Part shown: positions 24,445 through 34,542 of the stretch, piece by piece
How positions within the stretch are numbered: position 1 is the stretch's first letter
How the letters are laid out: the number at the start of each line of letters is the position of its first letter
NCBI GenBank assembly: GCA_964475545.1
Contig: CAYYXF010000001.1
Coordinates: 9,107-73,106 of the forward strand
From: an uncultured Candidatus Bathyarchaeia archaeon
GTDB taxonomy: Archaea; Thermoproteota; Bathyarchaeia; Bathyarchaeales; Bathycorpusculaceae
DNA length: 64,000 nt
Reading direction: 5' to 3'
Translations under genes and position numbers: made by a program
Notes under the pieces: generated by a model
Seen by the model: the letters and a program-made list of their open reading frames with translations, nothing else
Told to the model about the DNA's origin: nothing
Database searches by the model: none

Positions 24445-26250
24445 ATGGACACCGCAGTTAAGCACTATGCATCATTGTTCAAACTTCCATCCTACAAGAA
24501 GGTCGTCTTGTTTCTGGCCTTGATTTGCGTAGGTGGCACCTTGCTCTCCGTAATCCTACTATTTCGCTCATACGAATGGCTGGCTTATGGAGCTCTATTG
24601 GGTCTCTCCCTATTCCTGACAACTTTTGTCCTTGACTACGCAATGAGCAAGCTAGCTTTGAAGCGGGACCCAATCTACAATTCCAGACGGATCGCAACGC
24701 TTTCCCTTTTCTGCTGGATAATCTGGTTCTTCTTCATATTGATAGGCACAGTAGCCGGCATATTCTACGGTGTGTCATGGTGGGTTAGACTCTGTCTTCT
24801 AGGGTTTTCGGCCGTGCTGATTTTTCGCCTAATAGTGTTCAACTCGACATCTTTTGTGGACCCCAAACGCCTCGCTCTAGTCTCTCTACTTCCGCCATGC
24901 TTAAACATTACTTCATTCATTGCATTGTGGGCGACGACGGGCCCAACGATAGGCTATACTATTCCACTCCAAGGTATTCTGTTGTTTCTCATTTTCTCTC
25001 CAGTTCTGAGCGCAATTGCAAGCTACCTCTTCCTCTATCTCATAGACAAAGTGGCCGACGAAACTCTAGGCGTTCCCGCCTTGTCCCTTCTCAAGGCGTT
25101 CCTGCTCAGCTGGATAGTTGACCTTAATGCTCCTTTTGAAGCCTTCTTGGAGAGGTTGGGCGAACAGCAGAATGTCGACCTTGCCTTGTTCAAGTTTGAC
25201 TCCCCTGAAAGAAGGACATACATCGTTGTTCCTTCTGTCCATCCTGGACCCTTTAAGAATATTGGAAGCAGTATCTTGCCGTCTTTGCTTAAGAATGCCT
25301 TGGAAAAGAAGCTTGGGCGCACAGCATGTGTACCGCATGGGCTCTTTGGGCATGAGCTTGATTTGGCTTCGCAGGTGCAGAATCAGAAAGTCGTGAATAG
25401 TGTTGTTGATGCAATGGATTTCCAGACCCTGCTGGCGGAGGCTTCGCCTTTTGTCACCGCAAGCAACGGTTTTGCATCTGCATGTTGCCAGATTTTTGGT
25501 GATGCTGCATTCTTGTCTGTCACCTTGGCACCTAGGACAACCGAAGACATACCACAAGAGTTGGGTCTGTTCATTCGCCAGAAAGCGGAGCAGCTTGGGC
25601 TGGCTTGTTGTGTGGTGGTCAATGCTCACAACAGTATCGACGGAATAAATGGCATGCCTGAAGCTCTTGCTTCCTTAAAGGCCGCAGCGGCTTCTTGTTT
25701 GGAGAAGGCGGCTTCAGCGCCTCGCTTGCCTTTCGAGGTTGGGGCCAACACAGTTTTCCCAGAGGAATTTGGTCTCAGAGATGGCATGGGCTATGGCGGG
25801 ATCACTGCCGTGGTATTTAGAGTAGGGGATCAAAGAGCTGCATATGTGACAATCGATGGTAATAATATGATCTCTGGGCTTCGCGAAAGAATCCTTTCAG
25901 CTCTAGGCTCCGCGGGCATCGACAAAGGGGAAGTATTCACGACGGACACGCATTCCGTAAGCGGCATAGTCTTGGGCAGGCGAGGTTATCATCCGATAGG
26001 TGAAGTCATGAACCATGAGAAGCTGATTGGCTACATCAAGCAGGCAACCTTTGAGAGCATGGCGAATCTGAAACAGGCCAAGGCTGGTTGCAAGAGTATA
26101 TCAGTTCCAGATGTCAAAGTCATCGGGAAGGAACGACTTGAAAGTCTTTCACTGTTAATCGACAAAGGGCTCCAAAGGGCAAAGAAAACAATCGTGCCGA
26201 TCTGTCTTGCCAGCGGGTTTCTGTTGATGTTGCTTTTGCTGTTTGTCTAG
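24445..26250 (+). CDS. Polytopic membrane protein with a large C-terminal soluble domain (DUF2070-like)
   Basis: The ORF track starts at 24283. The ATG at 24445 (MDTAVKHYASLFKLPS) immediately precedes the first of ~7 TM helices. The ~330-aa C-terminal domain ends with one more TM. The architecture matches the archaeal DUF2070 family as I recall it. Confidence 0.5.
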   Translation: MDTAVKHYASLFKLPSYKKVVLFLALICVGGTLLSVILLFRSYEWLAYGALLGLSLFLTTFVLDYAMSKLALKRDPIYNSRRIATLSLFCWIIWFFFILIGTVAGIFYGVSWWVRLCLLGFSAVLIFRLIVFNSTSFVDPKRLALVSLLPPCLNITSFIALWATTGPTIGYTIPLQGILLFLIFSPVLSAIASYLFLYLIDKVADETLGVPALSLLKAFLLSWIVDLNAPFEAFLERLGEQQNVDLALFKFDSPERRTYIVVPSVHPGPFKNIGSSILPSLLKNALEKKLGRTACVPHGLFGHELDLASQVQNQKVVNSVVDAMDFQTLLAEASPFVTASNGFASACCQIFGDAAFLSVTLAPRTTEDIPQELGLFIRQKAEQLGLACCVVVNAHNSIDGINGMPEALASLKAAAASCLEKAASAPRLPFEVGANTVFPEEFGLRDGMGYGGITAVVFRVGDQRAAYVTIDGNNMISGLRERILSALGSAGIDKGEVFTTDTHSVSGIVLGRRGYHPIGEVMNHEKLIGYIKQATFESMANLKQAKAGCKSISVPDVKVIGKERLESLSLLIDKGLQRAKKTIVPICLASGFLLMLLLLFV

Positions 26251-26370
26251 CCTAATATTAATATGGCTCGACTTTTAGAAATATCCCGAAGTTAAAGTTG
26301 CAACATAGCCCTCTGCCTAGTGGGAGCAGGTGGAACCTGCAGTTACAAGGTGGAACGAGCCGGATTAAGG

Positions 26371-26604
26371 ATGGCGAAAATCACCATAGATGAAGAATAC
26401 TGTAAGGGTTGCACACTCTGCATCAGCTTCTGCCCCCAAAAAATTATTCGAACTGCCGGTTCAATCAGCAAGAAGGGCTATCACCCGGCGGAGCTTTTTG
26501 ATCCTGGGGGGAAATGCACAGGATGCACTTTGTGTGCCATCATGTGTCCCGATGCAGCTATCACTGTCTATAGAGACAAGAAGGTTGCAGGTGACAGAAA
26601 GTGA
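26371..26604 (+). CDS. korD: 2-oxoacid:ferredoxin oxidoreductase, delta (ferredoxin-like) subunit
   Basis: The ATG at 26371 gives MAKITIDEEYCKGCTLCISFCP...CTGCTLCAIMCPDAAI (two 4Fe-4S motifs). Its stop overlaps the start of the alpha subunit. Confidence 0.85.
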   Translation: MAKITIDEEYCKGCTLCISFCPQKIIRTAGSISKKGYHPAELFDPGGKCTGCTLCAIMCPDAAITVYRDKKVAGDRK

Positions 26605-27665
26605 CCGAGAAAAAGTTCATGGCTGGAAACGAAGCGATAGCTGAGGCCGCTGTCCAAGCGGGATGCAGATACTATTTCGGTTACCCGATAACGCCACAAA
26701 ACGAAATTGGCGAATACATGGCGTGGAGGATGCCTGAGGTCGGCGGTACCTTCCTTCAGGCAGAAAGCGAAGTGGCAGCCATATACATGGTGTTTGGCGC
26801 TGCTGGAGCAGGTGCGAGAGCTATGACCTCTTCTTCCAGTCCAGGAATCAGCCTAATGCAAGAGGGGATTTCCTACATCGCCGCCGCTGAGCTTCCATGT
26901 GTGATAGTGAACATGATGCGAGGCGGACCAGGACTTGGTGGCATAGCGCCCTCGCAATCAGACTATTTCCAGGCAACAAAGGGCGGCGGCCATGGAGATT
27001 ATCACTTGCTTGTGTTGGCCCCATCAACGGGTCAAGAGGCAGCAGACCTTACAATGCTGGCCTTCGACTTGGCCGACAAGTACCGAAATCCGGTTATGAT
27101 TTTGGGGGACGGGAATATTGGCCAGATGATGGAGCCCATTGAATTCAAGCCGCTAGGCAAGACATCTGCACCCGTTAGGAAAGACTGGGCCATTACAGGG
27201 TCTTCAAATGGAGGTCGAAAGCTGCTAAAGACTCTCTTTCTTGATCCTGTAATTTTGGAAAAGCGCAACTTGGTCATTGCTCAGAAGCTTCGCGAAGCGG
27301 TTAAGAATGAAGTGCGGCTCGAGTCTTACCTGACTGAAGACGCGGAGGTGGTGATCGCCGCCTATGGGACAGTGGCTCGCATTGCAAAGACAGCTATTAA
27401 AATCCTCCGTGAGAAGGGTTTGAAGGTAGGCTTACTGAGGCCAATATCGCTATACCCGTTCCCCTACGAAGCATTTGCCAGGATGGCTGAACGGGTGAAG
27501 AGCTTCCTGGTGGTTGAAATGAGTATGGGGCAAATGCTTGAGGACGTACAACTTGCTCTCTGTGGCAAGAGCCAACTGCACTTCTACAGCAGGGTTGGCG
27601 GAATAGTTCCAAGCTACGAGGAAATCGTCGGGGAAGTGGAAAGGATCGCCATGGAGGCAAAGTAA
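26601..27665 (+). CDS. korA: 2-oxoacid:ferredoxin oxidoreductase, alpha subunit
   Basis: 354-aa ORF with the N-terminal pattern [28 protein letters not shown] typical of OFOR alpha subunits. The gene order delta-alpha-beta-gamma resembles oorDABC/kor-type (2-oxoglutarate) enzymes rather than porGDAB. Confidence 0.85.
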   Translation: MTEKKFMAGNEAIAEAAVQAGCRYYFGYPITPQNEIGEYMAWRMPEVGGTFLQAESEVAAIYMVFGAAGAGARAMTSSSSPGISLMQEGISYIAAAELPCVIVNMMRGGPGLGGIAPSQSDYFQATKGGGHGDYHLLVLAPSTGQEAADLTMLAFDLADKYRNPVMILGDGNIGQMMEPIEFKPLGKTSAPVRKDWAITGSSNGGRKLLKTLFLDPVILEKRNLVIAQKLREAVKNEVRLESYLTEDAEVVIAAYGTVARIAKTAIKILREKGLKVGLLRPISLYPFPYEAFARMAERVKSFLVVEMSMGQMLEDVQLALCGKSQLHFYSRVGGIVPSYEEIVGEVERIAMEAK

Positions 27666-27667
27666 AG

Positions 27668-28411
27668 ATGGAAACTGTCTACGAAAGACCAAAGACCCTC
27701 ACCACCGCAAGCACGCACTACTGCCCAGGATGCGGTCATGGAATCATTCACCGATTAATCGCGGAAGTGATAGACGAGCTTGGAATCCGCGACAAAACAG
27801 TGGTCGTCGCTCCCGTAGGCTGTGCCGTGCTCCTCTACAACTACTTCAACCTAGACTCGTACGAAGCAGCGCATGGCCGTGCTCCTGCCATTGCCACCGG
27901 GTGCAAACGCGTCCACCCTGAATTAGTTGTTTTCACCTACCAAGGAGACGGTGACCTTGCTGCAATAGGGACGGCAGAAACAGTGCACGCAGCAGCGCGC
28001 GGAGAAAAAATCACAACCATTTTTGTCAACAACGCAATCTACGGAATGACGGCGGGGCAAATGGCGCCGACGACACTCATTGGTCAGAAGACCACAACCA
28101 CCCCTGATGGTAGAACCCCTGAAAGAGCTGGCTACCCCATTCGCATGTGCGAGATGCTGGCCACACTCGAAGGTGCAGCGTATATTGCAAGAGTCAGCGT
28201 GAGTAGCCCCAAAAACGTCGTTCAAGCAAAGAGAACCATCAAGAAAGCGTTTGAAACTCAAATCAAAGGATTAGGCTATTCGCTTGTGGAAGTCCTGTCT
28301 CAATGCCCGACAAACTGGCATATGACGACTGTTGAATCGGTGAAGTGGGTTGACGAAAAATTGGCTTCCTATTTCCCACTGGGAGAGTTCAAGTCGCCTA
28401 AGGAGGGATAG
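27668..28411 (+). CDS. korB: 2-oxoacid:ferredoxin oxidoreductase, beta (TPP-binding) subunit
   Basis: 247-aa ORF with the CPGCGHG cluster-ligand motif and the TPP motif GDGD..AIG...(N)NAIYGMTGGQ-like ([23 protein letters not shown]). Confidence 0.88.
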   Translation: METVYERPKTLTTASTHYCPGCGHGIIHRLIAEVIDELGIRDKTVVVAPVGCAVLLYNYFNLDSYEAAHGRAPAIATGCKRVHPELVVFTYQGDGDLAAIGTAETVHAAARGEKITTIFVNNAIYGMTAGQMAPTTLIGQKTTTTPDGRTPERAGYPIRMCEMLATLEGAAYIARVSVSSPKNVVQAKRTIKKAFETQIKGLGYSLVEVLSQCPTNWHMTTVESVKWVDEKLASYFPLGEFKSPKEG

Positions 28412-28413
28412 AG

Positions 28414-28995
28414 ATGGCGAAACCAGTGAAGAAAGCCTTCTATGAAGACGTTGTAATGGCGGGCTTCGGCGGCCAAGGCCTTATGTTCATTGGGAAACTA
28501 TTAGCCTACAGTGCAATGAAAGAAGGTCGGCACGTGACATGGATCCCATCCTATGGGCCTGAAATGCGCGGAGGGACAGCCAACTGCACGGTCGTCGTTT
28601 CAAGCGAAGAGATAGGATCACCAGTGACGCCCCACCCTCGGGCGATAATTGTCATGAACAACCCTTCGCTGGAAGCTTTTGAACCAAGGTTAGAGCGCAA
28701 CGGCTTGCTTCTTCTCAGCAGCTCACTTGTGAATAGACCGACAACGAGAGGAGACGTCAAGATTGTGTCGGTGCCGGCAAGCGAGATTGCAACCTCCGCG
28801 GGCACCGAAAGAGCCGCAAACATGGCTATGCTCGGCGCCTACGTTGCCCTTACAGGGGTTGTTGCTAAAGAAAGTATAGTTGAGGGCCTTAAGGAATTGT
28901 TTGGGAAAAAGATTGACCTTTTTGAGACAAATGTGCGCGCGTTTGAAGAAGGAATGAAGTTTGCGGAGACGCAGTCGCCCAAGCGGGTCGGCTAA
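28414..28995 (+). CDS. korG: 2-oxoacid:ferredoxin oxidoreductase, gamma subunit
   Basis: 193-aa ORF with the pattern VVMAGFGGQGLMFIGKLLA..PSYGPEMRGGTANC, characteristic of OFOR gamma subunits. Confidence 0.88.
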   Translation: MAKPVKKAFYEDVVMAGFGGQGLMFIGKLLAYSAMKEGRHVTWIPSYGPEMRGGTANCTVVVSSEEIGSPVTPHPRAIIVMNNPSLEAFEPRLERNGLLLLSSSLVNRPTTRGDVKIVSVPASEIATSAGTERAANMAMLGAYVALTGVVAKESIVEGLKELFGKKIDLFETNVRAFEEGMKFAETQSPKRVG

Positions 28996-29140
28996 CATGA
29001 GACAATGGCGACAGCTCGCAATATCAAGCCAGAGCAGCGGTTCCTGCAAGGTATGGAAAGATATAAGAAGCCAAAATTCGTGATATACACTGCCCATCGC
29101 AGGTAAACTACCGTCTGCTAGTGAAGAATGGAGGTATAAC

Positions 29141-29521
29141 ATGCCAAAACCAAAACAGAAGAAAGCCTCTGAAAAGAAAGAGAAGGCACCGAAAGCGCCG
29201 AAACCCGCAGAATCATCAAAGCCACCAAGCCCTGAACCGAAAACGGAGATTAGCGAGAAAGTCGTGTATGTCGGTCAGAAACCAGTGAAGAACTATGTGA
29301 TCGCTTGTCTGACATCTTTCAATGCAGGCTCGAACAAGATCGTTCTAAAGGCCAGAGGCCGGGCAATCTGCAAAGCCGTGGACACTGTAGAATTGCTTAG
29401 GCGAACGTTCTTGAAGGACGCGCAACTTCAAGGCATCAGCATCTGCACGGAGCAGGTGGCAAGAGAGGGAGACAGAAAAGCAAACGTCTCCGCCATTGAA
29501 ATCACGCTGATCAAGGCATAG
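29141..29521 (+). CDS. albA: Alba DNA/RNA-binding protein with an N-terminal Lys/Pro-rich extension
   Basis: 126-aa ORF. The Alba core is VVYVGQKPVKNYVIACLTSFNAGSNKIVLKARGRAICKAVDTVELLRR...VSAIEITL. It is preceded by ~38 aa of low complexity: MPKPKQKKASEKKEKAPKAPKPAESSKPPSPEPKTEIS. Confidence 0.85.
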   Translation: MPKPKQKKASEKKEKAPKAPKPAESSKPPSPEPKTEISEKVVYVGQKPVKNYVIACLTSFNAGSNKIVLKARGRAICKAVDTVELLRRTFLKDAQLQGISICTEQVAREGDRKANVSAIEITLIKA

Positions 29522-29667
29522 CCGCGTGGTTACTTACAGCACTTGTCAGAATTCCAGCGGGTCTTGGTAGGGCAGCGATCGTTTATCTATCGTATTTTTG
29601 TGAGAAGAATCATCGTTAGCTATATAAGCCATTCTTTCTAACGGTAGTCTCCGATCGGTGATGCGAA

Positions 29668-31005
29668 ATGAGTGGTTACCCAAAAATTGTTGTTACTCCA
29701 CCAGGACCCAAAGCAAGAGAATTGGTCAAGAAGGACGAAAGTCTGATTTCTCCATCTTATGGGCGGTTCTATCCGCTTGTTGTTGAGTCGGGCAAAGGTT
29801 GCATAATAAAAGATGTTGACGGAAACGAGTTCATCGACTTCAACTCCGGCTTAGTATGCATGAACGTTGGGCACAATCATCCTAAAGTGGTCACGGCCAT
29901 TAAGAACCAGTGCGACCGCTTTCTACACTATTCAAACACGGACTTCTACTACAAGGAAGTCATAAATTTGGCGGAAAGACTTGCGGAAATCACGCCTGGA
30001 ACGCCTGACAAGAAGGTCTATTTCGGCAACAGTGGGGCTGAAGCCATTGAGGCAGCGATCAAGCTTGCAAAGTGGCACAGCCGCAGGCAACTGTTCATCG
30101 GCTTCATAGGTGCTTTTCACGGGCGCACAGTAGGCGCTTTGTCTTTCACTGCCAGCAAACCCACTCAAAAGCGCTATTTCTTCCCGTTGATGCCCGGGGT
30201 CACCCATGTTCCATATGCATATTGCTACCGTTGCCCCTTCAAGCTGACCTATCCTGACTGCCACTACTGGTGCGTGGATTTCATTGATGAGTATGTCTTG
30301 CAGAAGTATGTGCCTCCTGAAGACACGGCGGCAATAGTGCTTGAACCCATTCAGGGTGAAGGCGGATATGTTGTTCCACCACCTGAATACTTCCAACGGA
30401 TAAAGAAGCTTGCAGATAAATATGGTATACTGCTAATAGATGATGAGGTGCAGGCAGGCATTGGAAGAACTGGAAAATGGTTTGCCATTGAACACTGGAA
30501 CGTTGAACCCGACATCGTATGCAGCGCAAAAGGATTAGCGTCAGGCTTGCCGTTGGGTGCGACAATAGCTAAGTCCAAAGTGATGGATTGGGTTCCGGGA
30601 TCACATGCGAGCACGTTTGGCGGTAACCCGCTTTCATGCGTTGCGGCGAGCGCCGTTATAGATGTCATACAGGAAGAGAAGCTCATGGAAAACGCAACTA
30701 AGCAGGGCAACTACATCATGAAAAGAATGGGCGAGATGAAAGAGAAAAGTGAGATTGTAGGCGATGTGAGGGGCAAGGGATTGATGATAGGCGTTGAAAT
30801 CGTTGAAAACAAAGAAAACAAGAAGCCGGCCCCACAGAAGGTCAGCGAGATTATGACGCGCTCATGGAAGCGGGGTGTCAACGTCATCACTTGCGGTGCG
30901 TCAACGATTAGGATGGCGCCGCCGCTTGTAATCACAAGGGAGCTTGTTGACGCAGCCTTGGACATTATTGAAGATTCGATAAGAGAGGTCGAGAAAGAAG
31001 GTTAG
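29668..31005 (+). CDS. Class III PLP-dependent aminotransferase (GabT/4-aminobutyrate aminotransferase-like)
   Basis: 445-aa ORF with the patterns FGNSGAEAIEAAIKLA, DEVQAGIGRTG and the PLP lysine in VCSAKGLASGLPLG. Confidence 0.85.
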   Translation: MSGYPKIVVTPPGPKARELVKKDESLISPSYGRFYPLVVESGKGCIIKDVDGNEFIDFNSGLVCMNVGHNHPKVVTAIKNQCDRFLHYSNTDFYYKEVINLAERLAEITPGTPDKKVYFGNSGAEAIEAAIKLAKWHSRRQLFIGFIGAFHGRTVGALSFTASKPTQKRYFFPLMPGVTHVPYAYCYRCPFKLTYPDCHYWCVDFIDEYVLQKYVPPEDTAAIVLEPIQGEGGYVVPPPEYFQRIKKLADKYGILLIDDEVQAGIGRTGKWFAIEHWNVEPDIVCSAKGLASGLPLGATIAKSKVMDWVPGSHASTFGGNPLSCVAASAVIDVIQEEKLMENATKQGNYIMKRMGEMKEKSEIVGDVRGKGLMIGVEIVENKENKKPAPQKVSEIMTRSWKRGVNVITCGASTIRMAPPLVITRELVDAALDIIEDSIREVEKEG

Positions 31006-31018
31006 CTTGCGTATTCGC

Positions 31019-31447
31019 ATGCAAACCCGAAAACTAACCATAGACGACTATGCAGCAATAGCCCAACTTTGGAAGAGAGCCGGGCTGTCCTTCAGACCGC
31101 GAGGGCGAGATAGTAGGGAAGCAATAGCAAAGGAAATGGCGGCAAATCCTGACTTTTTTCTAGGAGCCTTTGTGCAAGATCGCTTGATCGGCGTGGTCAT
31201 TGTGAGTTGCGACGTGAGAAAAGGCTGGATAAACCGCTTAGCCGTCGATCCGGATCGGAGGCATCGAGGTGTTGCCAAGGCTTTGATTGCGGAATCTGAA
31301 AGGATACTCAGAACGCGGGGTGTTAGGCTCTTCTGTGTTCTAATTGACGCTGACAACATGCCGTCAAAGGAATTGTTTAGAAGATGCGGTTATGTTGAGC
31401 ATCATGACATAACTTACCTCAGCAAGCGTGACAGTGAAGAGGTCTAG
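31019..31447 (+). CDS. GNAT-family N-acetyltransferase
   Basis: ~142 aa from the ATG at 31019 (the ORF track uses TTG 31007). The acetyl-CoA motif A is LAVDPDRRHRGVAKALI. It follows the aminotransferase with almost no spacer. Confidence 0.8.
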   Translation: MQTRKLTIDDYAAIAQLWKRAGLSFRPRGRDSREAIAKEMAANPDFFLGAFVQDRLIGVVIVSCDVRKGWINRLAVDPDRRHRGVAKALIAESERILRTRGVRLFCVLIDADNMPSKELFRRCGYVEHHDITYLSKRDSEEV

Positions 31448-31575
31448 CCAGATGCAAGATTGGCTGTTGCCTTGCAGTTCTGACTGCTTTTACGGCGAGA
31501 ATGTTGGCTTTTGAGCGAGTCCGGGGCATTCAGACTTGCTGGAAAACTGCATATGACTGGTCATGCGGAACGTGA

Positions 31576-32148
31576 TTAGAAGTCGCTCGGTTTTGCTATG
31601 ACTTCTCTTATTCTCAGATCGAAAAACTTTGCAGCGTTTGCTGGAAAAACGCGAAGTGCTGTGTCAGCGCCCCTGCCCGTTCCAGCAATAGCAACAATGT
31701 CTATGTCCATTGGGATGAGCCCTGCATCGGCGGCCATCAGGGTTATTTCTACGCATACTTTAGTTCCTTCTCCCATAAGCCTGAGCACGTTTGCTATCAT
31801 TTCTAGGGGCTGTATAGTGCCGAAATTCCTGCGTATGGCCCGCTCGGCGCTGCTTAGAGCGTGCGTGCCTGTGAAGATTTTTGCTCCGTTCTTCAGAATT
31901 TCATGCTTAAACTCTTCCCGTAGTTCTGGTTTTCCCTTTTCCTGAAATCCACAGAAATGGGTAACTACCACAACATTAAAACCCTTAAACAGCTTGGAAG
32001 TTTTGGCTCCAGTCTCGCCAGTCGTTGAAGCAACCACGATGTCTTTAATGCCCTCTTTCTCCACGTATTTTCTGACAAGTTTAAGCAAGGCGTCAGTATT
32101 CTGCTTGCCCGTTACTCCAAAATAGGTTGCCTTCTTCTCCAAGCTCAT
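31576..32148 (-). CDS. Pyruvate-kinase C-terminal (alpha/beta) domain-like protein (COG1751-like)
   Basis: 190-aa ORF. The pattern DIVVASTTGETGAK...VVVVTH..G......GTHALSSAERA matches the stand-alone PK_C-like archaeal family as I recall it. Confidence 0.5.
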   Translation of the reverse strand: MSLEKKATYFGVTGKQNTDALLKLVRKYVEKEGIKDIVVASTTGETGAKTSKLFKGFNVVVVTHFCGFQEKGKPELREEFKHEILKNGAKIFTGTHALSSAERAIRRNFGTIQPLEMIANVLRLMGEGTKVCVEITLMAADAGLIPMDIDIVAIAGTGRGADTALRVFPANAAKFFDLRIREVIAKPSDF

Positions 32149-32188
32149 GAGCCATCGCTCGCCTAGGTCTATTTCAGAAAGACTCTAT

Positions 32189-32752
32189 TTATGTGCTTGG
32201 GGAGTCTTGGCTAAGCTGGCTTCTTCTTAACGGTTTCCTCTTCAGTCTGGTTCCGCATATTTCGCATGTTTTGGCCTTGCTGTCTGCGGCGTATCTTTTG
32301 TGGCAGGCTGGGCAATACCTTATCCATGTCAGACGAACGCGGATGCCGAAGGTTGCCAATGAAGCAAATTCCATGTTCATTTGGTCTGCAACGTTCTGTA
32401 TCGAATAGTCATCGGTGACAATCAACGGAGAATGGCCCTCTGCCTTGAGCTGAAGTGCTAGCGCCAAGAGCTGGAGGTCAGTCTCTGACAGGAAAAACTT
32501 GTCGCCGACCAGAATTGCAGAGGCCTTGACCTTGTCGATGAACTCTTCTTCAGGCGCCCGGACTTTCAGCCTGCCGCTCGCTACTGCCGCTTCGAATCTT
32601 ACTTCAGGCATAGAGCTTTCTGCTATCTCCTCTTTGACCATTGGAACCGTGTATTCTTCTCCTTCCGATGAAAATGGATCAAGACCTGCTATGAATGCTG
32701 ACGTGTCCAAAACTGCAACTTTCTTCGGGGTCGTGTGCGTTGGGTTTCTCAC
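32189..32752 (-). CDS. nob1: Nob1-type PIN endonuclease with a C-terminal zinc ribbon (16S rRNA 3'-end maturation)
   Basis: 187-aa ORF. It has a PIN acidic motif (VAVLDTSAFIAG, ..VTDDYSIQN) and a ribbon (CPACHKRY...CEICGTRL). It overlaps the nadK stop by 4 nt. Confidence 0.75.
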   Translation of the reverse strand: MRNPTHTTPKKVAVLDTSAFIAGLDPFSSEGEEYTVPMVKEEIAESSMPEVRFEAAVASGRLKVRAPEEEFIDKVKASAILVGDKFFLSETDLQLLALALQLKAEGHSPLIVTDDYSIQNVADQMNMEFASLATFGIRVRLTWIRYCPACHKRYAADSKAKTCEICGTRLKRKPLRRSQLSQDSPST

Positions 32753-33600
32753 CCCGTTGCCTTGAAAAGCAGTCTGCTTTTCAGTCGATGGTAGAAGTCT
32801 TCTCTAAACCTTATGAAAGATGTTTCATTTTTGGACCGTGTGACTGTTAGGCTTGGAAGTCTAGAATCTATGATTTGAGTATGTTGGCCGTCGATCAACA
32901 CGAGCATTCTTTTGGGTTTGTGAACTTCAACTGTCACGCGCGAGTCAGCTGGAAAGACGATTGGTCGGAAATCGGTCAAGGGGCATATAGGTGTTAGAAC
33001 AAAAGCGTCGACATCCGGATCTAAGACGGGTCCACCTGCTGAAAGCGAGTATCCTGTGGAGCCCGTTTGTGTGGATATCAGCAGGGAATCTGCTTGGCAG
33101 TTTAGGATGGGTTCCCCGGTTCTTAGGACACGCATGTAAAGCAGTTTTGCCGGCTCGTCGTGTGTGACTACAACCTCGTTCAATGCGTCTGGAAGTTCAA
33201 TGTTGTCTGCATTGACGGCGAGCTTCATGCATTTCTCAATCCTGTGTTCTCCCTTCAGGCACTTGTCCACTGCGTCGAAAGCTAGGTTTGGTTCCACCTC
33301 GGTGAGAAAGCCTCGAATCCCCACGTTTACTGCAAGGATTGGCGGTTCAGGCTTAGGGAGTGAGAGACAAGCCCTAAGTATTGTACCGTCGCCGCCGATG
33401 GTTACTATGAAGTCGGTTCGCATACTTTTCAGAGGGAGAGTCTTCCATTTTGCCCTGATCTTGCCGGCTAGGGTATTTTCCACATAGACTTCTACCCCTC
33501 TCTTGCTCAAGTGTTCAGCTAGGTCTTCCACAAGTTTTACCGCTCTCTTCCTGTCAAAGCGGGCGACCAAGCCGGCGCTTTTGAACACGCTTTTCACCAT
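32749..33600 (-). CDS. nadK: NAD kinase
   Basis: 283-aa ORF with the GGDGT motif (VTIGGDGTILRA), a conserved NE motif (ALNEVVV) and the C-terminal TGSTGYSLSAGGP pattern. Confidence 0.9.
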   Translation of the reverse strand: MVKSVFKSAGLVARFDRKRAVKLVEDLAEHLSKRGVEVYVENTLAGKIRAKWKTLPLKSMRTDFIVTIGGDGTILRACLSLPKPEPPILAVNVGIRGFLTEVEPNLAFDAVDKCLKGEHRIEKCMKLAVNADNIELPDALNEVVVTHDEPAKLLYMRVLRTGEPILNCQADSLLISTQTGSTGYSLSAGGPVLDPDVDAFVLTPICPLTDFRPIVFPADSRVTVEVHKPKRMLVLIDGQHTQIIDSRLPSLTVTRSKNETSFIRFREDFYHRLKSRLLFKATG

Positions 33601-33683
33601 CGACCTATTAGCGGCACCTTAATCTATATATGGGTGTTGTTAAGAATTGCTCTGAGTAAGGGGCTGCGAAAGTTGGTGTTAAT

Positions 33684-34076
33684 GTGACTCGCCCTATTGA
33701 TGTTGGAAGTCTCCGTGTTGGAGGATACATGATTATCGATGGAGAGCCTTGCCAGATAGTGGACATAACAAAGTCGAAGCCCGGAAAACACGGTTCAGCC
33801 AAAGCAAGAATCGTAGCCATAGGCGTTTTTGACGGAGCAAAGAGGCAGTTTGTTAAACCCGTGGACTTGAACACTGAAGTACCAATAATTGACAAGAGGA
33901 TGGGGCAAGTGTATGCGGTGAACCCTTCAGGCATTCAGATAATGGACCTTGAGACCTATGAGTATTTGGATGCTCCTTACCCAGAAGACGCGGGGTTGAA
34001 GGCGAAGCTTGTGCCCGGCGTTGAGATTGAGTACTGGAAAATAATGGGCAGAATGAAAATCGTGAGGAGCAAGTAG
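33684..34076 (+). CDS. eif5a: Translation initiation factor 5A (aIF5A)
   Basis: 130-aa ORF (GTG start) with the hypusination loop TKSKPGKHGSAKARI and a C-terminal OB domain. Confidence 0.92.
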   Translation: MTRPIDVGSLRVGGYMIIDGEPCQIVDITKSKPGKHGSAKARIVAIGVFDGAKRQFVKPVDLNTEVPIIDKRMGQVYAVNPSGIQIMDLETYEYLDAPYPEDAGLKAKLVPGVEIEYWKIMGRMKIVRSK

Positions 34077-34212
34077 CACGTGCGCCATCGTTGACAGCAA
34101 ACGGGCTATGAACCTCGCCTGAGCTTAGCTTCCAAATTAAAGGAGCAATTTGAAACTCATATTTTGGGGAAAACGGAAAATATCATGACGAGTTGGCGAC
34201 GGGCTTGATTCT

Positions 34213-34446
34213 CTACTCAGCAGTGTTTGCTTGCTTCTTTGGGGCATGTTCACTCCACCAGTCCCAGCCGAGCACTTTGAACCCAATATAAAGGACCAGG
34301 AGCGTTACTCCCCAGCTTAAAGCGATAGCTGCTACCTGCAGAATTAGCTCTGCCAGAAACGCATGGCTGATCCAAGCGCTTAATGAGCACAGACCTATCA
34401 GTATAAGAACGAACATGGTCACGTGGATAGCTCGTTCTCCAGGCAT
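34213..34446 (-). CDS. Small two-TM membrane protein, hypothetical
   Basis: 77-aa ORF with two clear hydrophobic helices (VTMFVLILIGLCSLSAWI and VAAIALSWGVTLLVLYIGF) and a basic C-terminus. Confidence 0.5.
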   Translation of the reverse strand: MPGERAIHVTMFVLILIGLCSLSAWISHAFLAELILQVAAIALSWGVTLLVLYIGFKVLGWDWWSEHAPKKQANTAE

Positions 34447-34542
34447 TTGGTCTCACTTGCTAAACGTTTACAGTTTAAGGTCCGTTCGCGTTAAAAGATT
34501 TGCCATCAAGGTTTATTTCATTGTGGCGCATAGCATGTTCTA

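Noticed and set aside
29005-29106. 33-codon basic ORF (MATARNIKPEQRFLQGMERYKKPKFVIYTAHRR) between korG and albA.
   Set aside because: It matches no small ribosomal or other conserved family I recognise and has no obvious promoter or SD. It could be real but is unsupported.
29668-31447. A class III aminotransferase followed immediately by a GNAT, which might be ectB-ectA (ectoine synthesis).
   Set aside because: No ectC (cupin) gene is adjacent. The aminotransferase N-terminus looks GabT-like rather than DABA-aminotransferase-specific. The evidence is insufficient.
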